NCBI GenBank assembly: GCA_046154245.1
Contig: JBJXFZ010000072.1
Coordinates: 3,097-67,096, forward strand
DNA from: Pyrinomonadaceae bacterium
GTDB taxonomy: Bacteria > Acidobacteriota > Blastocatellia > Pyrinomonadales > Pyrinomonadaceae
Direction: 5' to 3'
DNA: 64,000 bases
The position numbers and the translations under genes were made by a program. Below the pieces are notes generated by a model that worked only from the letters and a program-made list of their open reading frames with translations, made no database searches and was not told the DNA's origin. Below, in pieces: positions 17,318 to 24,673 of the stretch (position 1 is its first letter; each line of letters begins with the position of its first letter).

Positions 17318-20179
17318 CTATTTTGCCCCGCTTTGCAATTGGTCGAGGATCCGCTTGAGCTCGTCGAGCTTTTGGCCGGCTTCGCCGAGTTTGCCCGTCG
17401 CAGTGAGCCGCTGGTATTCGGCAAAGGTCTCGGCGGCGCGTTTTATCAGCTCGTTTGCTGATGCCGCCGGGGGCGTCTCGCCCGGCTTGTTGTCATCGGT
17501 TTGTTTAGCGGTCGCTTTTTGCGGCTGGCCCAATAATTGAGCGAGCGCTGCCTCGAAATTTTCGGCGTAAACGAGCCGCTCCTGAGTGGCGAGAACGACA
17601 AGGCGAAGCTCAGGCATCGGGCTGCGGACAGCCTGGAGGTAGATCGGCTCGACAAAGAGCAGTCCCGTGCCGATCGGCATTATGATGAGATTGCCGCGTT
17701 TGACCTTTGAGCCTTGCTGGTTCCAGAGCGTGATCTGCGAGGCGATCTGAGCGTCCTGGTCGATGCGGGCTTCGATCTGGAGCGGCCCGTCGATCACGCG
17801 CGACGGTGGGAAATTATAAACAAGCAGCTTGCCGTAAGCGTCGCCGTCGGCACGGCCCGCCATCCACGCGATCATGTTATTGCGATTGCCCGGCGTGAAG
17901 GGCAGAATGCGGGCGAATTCCGGCTCGCTCCCTTCACCGGGGAGCGGCATCAATACTTGATAGGGTTCGAGCGCGGCAGGCTGCTGTTGGCCGCCGGGTT
18001 TCGCCCCGCCGTCGTCGGACGCCGACTGAGCATCGCGGGCAACGCTCCACACGTCTTCGCGGCCGAAAAACATCGCCGGGTTTGTCGTGTGGTAAAGGCC
18101 GAAAACATCAGCCTGCGTTTTAAAGAGCGTTTCGGGATAGCGAACGTGGGTGCGAAGTCCCGCGGGCATCTCCGCGGCCGGTTTAAAAAGCTCTGGAAAC
18201 GCCGCTCGCCACGCAGTAACGATCGGGTCCGATTCGTCAAAAACATAAAACGCGACGGCGCCGGTATAGGCGTCGATCGTCACCTTAACGCTGTTGCGCG
18301 CGTAGTTAACGCGTATGCCGCCGAGATTGTAATGCCGCGAATACGGATAGCGGCTCGCGCGTGTATATGCATCCACCATCCAGAACAGGCGCCCGTCGGC
18401 GTTGACAACGATGTACGGGTCGTCATCCAGGGTCAGAAACGGAGCAACGCGAGCGATGCGATCGTTTATGTTGCGGTGCATCAGCACGCGGCTTTCCGAC
18501 GTTACGTCATCTGAAAAGGGCAGCTTTGAGAGGTCGTCGGTTGCCCACGCGATCGCAAACCGGCGAAGTCCGCTGCCGACCGCAAAGCCGCCATCGCCCT
18601 CGTAGGTCGAGTAGCTGTTGTTCTCGCCCTGCGGGTAGTCAAACTCCTGCTGACGGGTATTAACATAAACGTTCGTATTAGTGCTCTCGCCAAAGTAAAT
18701 TTCCGGCCGCGTGACTTTTACGTCGCCGCTCGTTTCAAGCGGGATGTTTGAGATGAGAAAACGCGGCTTGCCCTCGCTCGTAAATTCGTTTACCGAATTC
18801 ATCGTCACGCCGTAGCCGTGTGTATAGACAAGGCGTTCGTTGATCCAGTTGCGTGATTGCTCGGGCAGCTTGTTAACGTCCAGCTCGCGCGTCGCGATCA
18901 TCACCTGTCGCATCTCGCCTCCCACACGATACCGGTCGACGTCGACATCCGGAAAATCGTAGTAGGTGCGGATCTCTTGTATCTGCCGCAACGTGTCCTG
19001 AAGCGCCTGCCAATCCCAGAGACGAATGTTCGCGAGCGTGCTGCGGTTCGCAGCAAGATCGAGCGCATCCGGCGTGATGTCTGCGGGGTAATCGCGGGCC
19101 TCGACGTTCTCGATATTAAACGCCGAGCGCGTTCCGGCGATATTGTGTTCTATGTATGGGGTTTCGCGGCCGAGCTCATTCGGCTTGACGATAAAACTCT
19201 GTACATACGCCGGGATAATTATTACCGCGACAACATACACGACGATCGGGAGGCCGAGAGCAACAACGAACAATCGTCCGCCCTTTTTTGTGAACGCATT
19301 TACAAACAGAATGATCGCGGCAACAAAGAGCGCGATTGTCACGGCAGCGAGGCCGGGCAGCAGGTAATTATCCTCGGTGTATGTAACGCCGGTAAACGAT
19401 GAATGATCGGTCCATAAATACGCGTATCGCGACAGCATCGTCTGCCAGGCTACCATTATCAGCAACGCACCCAGCGCGGCCGAAACCGCAGCATATCCGC
19501 GGGTCCCGAAGCCGCTGAACTTGGTATCTTTTTCATCGGTTATCGACCGCTCCGGCACGGTGGACAAAAGGGCGTACAAAGCCGCCGCGACAAGCAGCAC
19601 AAGTGAGAGAGTCGTCAGCCACGCGGCGAGTTTGTTATATATCGGCAGCGTGAAGAGATAGAAACCGATGGGTTTGCCAAAGATCGGATCGGTGGTGGAT
19701 GTGGCGCCTTGATGCAGATAGAGCGCCCATGTGTTCCAATCGCCGCTGAGGCTGAGCCCAAAGCCGATGCCGAAGACAAGTGCGACGATCCAACTGAGCG
19801 GGCGCAAAAATCGTGCGAAACTGAGGTCGAGTACTTGTTTGTTAACGACGATCTTGCGGGGCTTCAGTATTTCGGCGCCAAAAAGGCGTTCGAGGATGTA
19901 AAAACCGCCGCGCAATATCGCAATTGTCAAAATCGCGAAGACGGCAAATAGTATCCAGCCCAGTGCGAACACGTACCAAAAACGCGCGCCGAAACCAAGC
20001 GAACCAAACCACAACGCCTCTGTATAGACGCTGACGCCGGTAACAAGAACAAACACGAGCAGCAATGCTCCCGCGAGAAACCACTTGATCCAGCCGCCTC
20101 GCCGCTTCCGTTGAGGAGTAATGTCAATAATCTCGGCGTCGAGGTCCGAATAATCAAGCTTGTCCATAGCGCCAAGCAT
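17318..20179 (-). CDS. UPF0182 family membrane protein
   Basis: 953 aa. N-terminal multi-TM region plus a large soluble domain with a conserved C-terminal block (LIIMPIGTGLLFVEPIYLQA...SPMPELRLVVLA). Confidence 0.8.
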   Translation of the reverse strand: MLGAMDKLDYSDLDAEIIDITPQRKRRGGWIKWFLAGALLLVFVLVTGVSVYTEALWFGSLGFGARFWYVFALGWILFAVFAILTIAILRGGFYILERLFGAEILKPRKIVVNKQVLDLSFARFLRPLSWIVALVFGIGFGLSLSGDWNTWALYLHQGATSTTDPIFGKPIGFYLFTLPIYNKLAAWLTTLSLVLLVAAALYALLSTVPERSITDEKDTKFSGFGTRGYAAVSAALGALLIMVAWQTMLSRYAYLWTDHSSFTGVTYTEDNYLLPGLAAVTIALFVAAIILFVNAFTKKGGRLFVVALGLPIVVYVVAVIIIPAYVQSFIVKPNELGRETPYIEHNIAGTRSAFNIENVEARDYPADITPDALDLAANRSTLANIRLWDWQALQDTLRQIQEIRTYYDFPDVDVDRYRVGGEMRQVMIATRELDVNKLPEQSRNWINERLVYTHGYGVTMNSVNEFTSEGKPRFLISNIPLETSGDVKVTRPEIYFGESTNTNVYVNTRQQEFDYPQGENNSYSTYEGDGGFAVGSGLRRFAIAWATDDLSKLPFSDDVTSESRVLMHRNINDRIARVAPFLTLDDDPYIVVNADGRLFWMVDAYTRASRYPYSRHYNLGGIRVNYARNSVKVTIDAYTGAVAFYVFDESDPIVTAWRAAFPELFKPAAEMPAGLRTHVRYPETLFKTQADVFGLYHTTNPAMFFGREDVWSVARDAQSASDDGGAKPGGQQQPAALEPYQVLMPLPGEGSEPEFARILPFTPGNRNNMIAWMAGRADGDAYGKLLVYNFPPSRVIDGPLQIEARIDQDAQIASQITLWNQQGSKVKRGNLIIMPIGTGLLFVEPIYLQAVRSPMPELRLVVLATQERLVYAENFEAALAQLLGQPQKATAKQTDDNKPGETPPAASANELIKRAAETFAEYQRLTATGKLGEAGQKLDELKRILDQLQSGAK

Positions 20180-20371
20180 ACACCCGCAGTATCTGCGGTC
20201 AAAGCAGTGCGTGTTCTGGTCGCCGAAGGTGACAAAGATAATAGTCCGGGGTGAAACGCCGGGTAATGTTGGTTAAACGCATCCGTCCCTGACGGGGACG
20301 AACGTTGGAGTTGCTCCCGCTGCATAACAAAATTTAGGTTGCGTTACTGTGTTACAATCTGAATCGTAATT

Positions 20372-20596
20372 ATGAGCCACACCATTCCTGCAATTTTTGA
20401 AAATGGCGTGTTTCGCCCGCTTGAGAAAGTCGAGCTCAATAACGGCGAAGAGGTCGAGATGATCCTGCTCGACAAAACACAACATAATCCAAAAAGGTCG
20501 CGTGAGATTTTGAACGAGATCGCCAAACTTCCAATCGAGGGCGGCGAGAACGGATTTTCCGGCCGAGACCACGATCAAGTCCTTTATCCCAAATAA
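20372..20596 (+). CDS. type II antitoxin (DUF104/AF2212-like)
   Basis: 74 aa. The N-terminus MSHTIPAIFENGVFRPLEKVEL is family-typical. It lies 5 nt upstream of a PIN toxin gene. Confidence 0.75.
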   Translation: MSHTIPAIFENGVFRPLEKVELNNGEEVEMILLDKTQHNPKRSREILNEIAKLPIEGGENGFSGRDHDQVLYPK

Positions 20597-20601
20597 CTTC
20601 C

Positions 20602-20997
20602 ATGATCTTTGTTGACACGAGCGCATGGTTCGCTTCTATTGTCCCAACCGATCCCAACCACGACAAAGCCGCCGAGTGGCTGCAAAGTAATAACGAAGTC
20701 TTATTCACCACTGATTACATTGTTGACGAAACTTTGACGCTGCTACGGGCGAGAGGCGAAAACAGGCGGGCGATCTCGCTCGGCACGAACTTTTTCGACG
20801 GTCAGTTGGCGGTCGTTTATCGGCTATCCGAAAACGACATTGCGCGTGCGTGGGATGTTTTTCAGCAGTTTAGCGATAAGGAATGGAGTTTTACAGATTG
20901 CACAAGCAAGGCGGTTATGGAGAGTTCCGGCATTACCTCCGCCTTCGCATTCGACAAACATTTTACGCAGTTCGGCGTCGTCGTGGTTGTTCCTTAA
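20602..20997 (+). CDS. vapC: PIN-domain toxin VapC
   Basis: 131 aa. MIFVDTSAW...TTDYIVDET...SFTDCTS carries PIN acidic residues. Confidence 0.8.
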   Translation: MIFVDTSAWFASIVPTDPNHDKAAEWLQSNNEVLFTTDYIVDETLTLLRARGENRRAISLGTNFFDGQLAVVYRLSENDIARAWDVFQQFSDKEWSFTDCTSKAVMESSGITSAFAFDKHFTQFGVVVVVP

Positions 20998-21002
20998 CGG
21001 GT

Positions 21003-21093
21003 CCACATGGCCCGCTGCGGTCTGAGTGTTTTCAGATTTTTACAAGGTAAGTGGCGAGCGATCAAAGTCGAGATCGAAACGACCGTTGCATAG
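21003..21093 (+). pseudogene. orphan 3'-end fragment of a MATE transporter gene
   Basis: It encodes HMARCGLSVFRFLQGKWRAIKVEIETTVA*, against GHMTRCGLSVFRFLQGKWRSIKVEIETTAA* at the end of the intact MATE gene (17214..17304). I counted 17 of 91 nt differences by hand, mostly at third codon positions. Confidence 0.8.
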
Positions 21094-21546
21094 TCGCCGA
21101 GCGGGGCGGTTGCAGTATCTGCAACACTGGCACGTCGTTTGTGCCAGAACCTGCGCTTTCCCGCAGGTTTCAAAAAACCCTCTGAGCGGCTACGCCGCGA
21201 CTGGCGGCACAGCCGCCGTGGTTTTTGGAACAACGATGGAAAAGCATAGCTTTTCCGCTCGGCGAGTAAGTACACCAGGTAAGTTTTTATTTGAGGCTGC
21301 TTAAGCGGCCTTCCCGCCTTTCGCGGCGCTTAGCCAACGTCGTTCACGGCGTGGTCGATGATCGGAAATGAAAGAAAGGGCGTTTCAACGTCCTTCTCTC
21401 TTTGGCTTAAGCCGCCGACCAGTAAGCCCGTTGAAACGGGCTGAAATTCATTTGGCAATTCCGACCACGAGCTAAAGCACGTGGCTATGTGCCGATCCGG
21501 AAAGCCTCGTAAACGAGGCTCAACTCATTTCTGAACGCAATTGGTC

Positions 21547-21885
21547 TTAACTTGCGGATGCCCTGTTAATCATTCCGTTATCCTGATCAATGCGAATCAT
21601 TGAGCTGCGTTTTAATGAACCATCACCGTCCACATTCGAAAACTCGCAATGGTACTTCGTAATTGGGCTACCATGTAACTCTTCGACTTCCTCGAATTCA
21701 GGATGTGTAAGGATTACCGCTTGAGCTGCTTTATAACGGCCTGGTCCCGCGAGTGCTTGGACAATCTTCTGTATCTTTCCTCCATCTCGAATGAGATTTT
21801 TCTTTATTTGATCACCAGACATTGACCATAGTGAATCTGGAACCTCGATTAGTCCTAGACGATGCCTTCTTACTTCCATTATCAA
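21547..21885 (-). CDS. hypothetical protein
   Basis: 112 aa. GGAGG SD 8 nt upstream of ATG 21885. It lies directly downstream of the displaced dnaN tail. No family was recognised. Confidence 0.55.
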   Translation of the reverse strand: MIMEVRRHRLGLIEVPDSLWSMSGDQIKKNLIRDGGKIQKIVQALAGPGRYKAAQAVILTHPEFEEVEELHGSPITKYHCEFSNVDGDGSLKRSSMIRIDQDNGMINRASAS

Positions 21886-21907
21886 TTACCTCCGTGTCTT
21901 GTTCAGC

Positions 21908-21960
21908 TCATATCCTCAGCGGCATGACGATGTATTTGTAGTCGTAGATGCTCTCGCCGG
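21908..21960 (-). pseudogene. displaced copy of the last 17 codons plus stop of dnaN
   Basis: 53 bp identical to 23048..23100 (TCATATCCTCAGCGGCATGACGATGTATTTGTAGTCGTAGATGCTCTCGCCGG). The repeat starts exactly at the stop codon. Confidence 0.9.
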
Positions 21961-22953
21961 CTATGCATATTTCTTGGGGTTTATTCTTTTCATCGCTTTG
22001 TCCAATTCGTCTTCACTTTCTGCAAGCCGCTTCGCTTCAGCGGTTCGGAATTTTTCGTATTCTGCAAGCGCATGACTATCGGCGGCCTCTTTACTGATCT
22101 TTCCCGCGTTTGTCAGTATTTCGCGTTCATTTAGCGTCAAGAAGCCGTGCAGTTTTTCGATCCAGTCGGCCATGCGCATCGGTTTGCGTCTCATCGCCTG
22201 AAGTTCGGCGAATTCGAGATATTGGTTAACGATCAGGTTTAGCTGTTTCAATTCGTTTTCGTCAAGATAGTTTTTTCCAACCGTAACGTCTTCTTTTTTA
22301 AGTTTTGTTCCGGGGAAATTCGTCAGCCCCATAAGTGGCTTTGCTGCATCTGCCTTTAACTTAATGAGTTCAGCCGCCGTGTGCCCGTGAATCGCGTAAT
22401 GGAATTTGTTCTGAACGGTAGCGAAAAACTCGTGGCTCATGTTGGTTTTCGGGTCGTAGTCGATGCTTGTCGCAAAAATGTCACAGACCTTGCGATAAAA
22501 AACCTTTTCGCTGCTACGAATGTCGCGAATGCGATCAAGCAGTTCGTCAAAATAGCTGCTGCGAGCTTCTTTGAGGCGTTCATCGTCGAGAGTGAATCCT
22601 TTGATTATGTATTCGCGAAGCCGCTGCGTGGCCCACTGGCGGAAATGCGTGCCAACATGCGATTTTACGCGGTAACCTACTGAGATAATTACATCGAGGT
22701 TGTAATACTGTGTCTGGTATCTTTTGCCGTCCCGGGCAGTTGTCAAGTATTCCTTGACAACTGAATTTTCGACTAGCTCGCCTTCTTCAAAAATATTTCT
22801 GATGTGAAGACTTATGTTCTGCTTGGTTGTTTGAAAGAGGTCGGTCAATTGGCTTTGATTAAGCCAAACCGTTTCGTCCTCAACAACGACATCAACTTTG
22901 GTTATGCCGTCAGGGGCTTGATAAATAAGGATTTCCGAGCTATTTTCAGGCAT
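21961..22953 (-). CDS. rhuM: RhuM family virulence/DNA-binding protein
   Basis: Family-typical EILIYQAPDGITKVDVVVEDETVWLNQSQLTDLFQTTKQNISLHIRNIFEEGEL and YYNLDVIISVGYRVKSHVGTHFRQWATQRLREYIIKGF. The track start at 23019 is TTG; ATG 22953 (MPENSSEILIYQ) fits the family N-terminus. Confidence 0.8.
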   Translation of the reverse strand: MPENSSEILIYQAPDGITKVDVVVEDETVWLNQSQLTDLFQTTKQNISLHIRNIFEEGELVENSVVKEYLTTARDGKRYQTQYYNLDVIISVGYRVKSHVGTHFRQWATQRLREYIIKGFTLDDERLKEARSSYFDELLDRIRDIRSSEKVFYRKVCDIFATSIDYDPKTNMSHEFFATVQNKFHYAIHGHTAAELIKLKADAAKPLMGLTNFPGTKLKKEDVTVGKNYLDENELKQLNLIVNQYLEFAELQAMRRKPMRMADWIEKLHGFLTLNEREILTNAGKISKEAADSHALAEYEKFRTAEAKRLAESEDELDKAMKRINPKKYA

Positions 22954-22996
22954 ATCACTAACGTAGTCGGAGTGCCTCTCAATATGAGTCAAAACG

Positions 22997-23026
22997 GAAC
23001 ATATTGTTGACTTCAACAATATGTTC
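22997..23026. repeat. perfect 14-bp inverted repeat with 2-bp spacer (GAACATATTGTTGA-CT-TCAACAATATGTTC)
   Basis: Read directly from the sequence. It lies between the dnaN stop and rhuM. On the minus strand it is followed by CGTTTTG, so it could be a dnaN terminator or an operator. Confidence 0.7.
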
Positions 23027-23047
23027 GCTCAACCACCTTAACTAAGA

Positions 23048-24277
23048 TCATATCCTCAGCGGCATGACGATGTATTTGTAGTCGTAGATGCTCTCGCCGG
23101 CGATGGACATTTGGGTTTGGGCGTTGGGGTCCTTGAATTCGAAGGCAATGCGAACCGGTGCGGCGGATTCGCGTGCCGGTGCCGTTGCGGCGGCCGTCTT
23201 GTCCGTTTTTTTACCGTCGCCCACTCGCTCACTCGCTCCCTCGCTCGCTCCGTCGCTCACGGCCTCGGCGGCGATCATCTCGGCGGAACCGACATTTGTC
23301 AGAAATTCGAGCAGGTATTGCCAGTTAAAGCCTAGCTGCACTTCCTCGCCCTTGTAATCGGCCTGGACGACCTCGTTGCCCTCACCCTGCTCGCTCGACT
23401 GGGCCGAGATCTCGACCTCGCCCTCGCGAACTGTGAGCCGAATAGAGCGGTTTCGCTCGTCGGCGATCAGAGCCATGCGGCGAACCGCGTTTCGCATCTC
23501 GTCTAGGTCAAAGGTTGCAACACGATCGTTGTCCTTTGGCATGACCATCTCGTAATTTGGGAACTGCCCGGTTAGCTTTCGCGTGATCAGCAGCCGCCCC
23601 TCGGTCTCGAAATAGATGTGGTTAGTGTCCTCGCCAAACGCTACATCGCCGGCCCCGCGAGAGAGTTTGACGAGCTCCATCAACGCCTTTTTCGGGATCA
23701 GCGTGTCCATCACGGCATCCTTGTCATCGATCGCACGCTCGACATACGCGAGGCGGTGGCCGTCGGTCGTGACCATTTTTGCAGTGCCGTCGCCGACGAT
23801 GAATTTGGCTCCCGAGAGTGTAAATCGCGACTGTTCGTTTGTGATCGCAAACACTGTGTTGCGGATAAAAAAGCCGAATATCTCGGCCGAGAGCTTCATC
23901 GGCGTCGACTTGAACTGCGGAATCTCGGGAAACTGGTCGCGGCTGACGCCGGCGAGGCGGTAATTTGCGCGGCCCGCCTTCATCGTCACCCAGTCGTTAT
24001 CCTCTTTTTTGAAATGCACGTCGCCCGGAGCGAGCACGCGAGCGATGTCAAACAGCTTTCGCGCCTGTACGCACATCGACCCCGGCGAGATGATCTCGGC
24101 CTCGGCGTCGCAGCGGATCGTGCAATCGAGATCTGTGCCGACGATGCGGATCTCGTTTTCGCCAATCGACTCGATCAGTATGTTTGAAAGCACCGGTATC
24201 GTCGTCTTTCGCTCAACGACGCCCTGAATAAAGCCCAATTCCTCTTTGAGAATGCTCTGATTAATTTTGAATTCCAT
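23048..24277 (-). CDS. dnaN: DNA polymerase III beta sliding clamp
   Basis: 409 aa. The N-terminus is MEFKINQSILKEELGFIQGVVERKTTIPVLSNILIE and the C-terminus is YIVMPLRI. It lies downstream of dnaA. Confidence 0.95.
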   Translation of the reverse strand: MEFKINQSILKEELGFIQGVVERKTTIPVLSNILIESIGENEIRIVGTDLDCTIRCDAEAEIISPGSMCVQARKLFDIARVLAPGDVHFKKEDNDWVTMKAGRANYRLAGVSRDQFPEIPQFKSTPMKLSAEIFGFFIRNTVFAITNEQSRFTLSGAKFIVGDGTAKMVTTDGHRLAYVERAIDDKDAVMDTLIPKKALMELVKLSRGAGDVAFGEDTNHIYFETEGRLLITRKLTGQFPNYEMVMPKDNDRVATFDLDEMRNAVRRMALIADERNRSIRLTVREGEVEISAQSSEQGEGNEVVQADYKGEEVQLGFNWQYLLEFLTNVGSAEMIAAEAVSDGASEGASERVGDGKKTDKTAAATAPARESAAPVRIAFEFKDPNAQTQMSIAGESIYDYKYIVMPLRI

Positions 24278-24673
24278 GATTTACCCGACTCCTGCTCTTT
24301 TTCTATTTCACGTGTGAAACTCAGTTTCTGACATTATACACGCTTTACTACTAAGAATTAAATAAGAACTTATTTATATATATAGTTTTTATAGTGCCTG
24401 TGAATTTGTGCAAAACCTGCATAAGTTCTTAAAAAATCGATGTTTTTCGTTCCACAGGCCGTTGTGGAAAAGTCTGTGGAAAAAAGTGTCGACCTTCACA
24501 ATAACGCGATCCCGATAGTTTTCCACCTATATTCACAAGCTCATCGCAGAACCTGCTGATGAAAAGTGGAAAACATAAAGCTAAAGATTGTCAATAAACG
24601 TCTTAATACGACGCAACGATCTGTGTTGGTGTGGAAAACCGACAATCATCATTTCCCTATCAAATACCAGTAT
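24278..24673. other. oriC: candidate oriC (dnaA-dnaN intergenic DnaA-box cluster plus AT-rich stretch)
   Basis: TGTGGAAAA (=TTTTCCACA) occurs at 24463-24471, 24475-24483 and 24630-24638. Weaker boxes are TTTTCCACC at 24519-24527 and AGTGGAAAA at 24565-24573. An AT-rich run lies at about 24340-24400 (AATTAAATAAGAACTTATTTATATATATAGTTTTTATAG). Confidence 0.65.

Noticed and set aside
17714-18514. A long antisense ORF (266 aa) inside UPF0182, and similar ORFs at 9854-10459, 4878-5468, 23618-24187, 25232-25741, 11902-12414, 37030-37635 and 48910-49473.
   Set aside because: Each lies fully inside a well-supported gene on the opposite strand or in another frame. Each is Arg/Ser/Pro-rich and low-complexity, and none has a recognisable motif. 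This is the usual shadow-ORF behaviour of moderately GC-rich DNA.
21094-21546. The hairpin-rich spacer next to vapBC might be integron attC sites or a cassette array.
   Set aside because: No intI integrase is present. I could not find paired R''/R' core sites (RYYYAAC...GTTRRRY) bracketing the stems, and the stems all differ in sequence.
24306-24320. TTTCACGTGTGAAAC in the dnaA-dnaN spacer resembles canonical parS half-sites.
   Set aside because: The two half-sites (TTTCAC / GTGAAA) are separated by 2 extra bp relative to TGTTTCACGTGAAACA, so the palindrome is out of register. It may be a decayed site and is not called.
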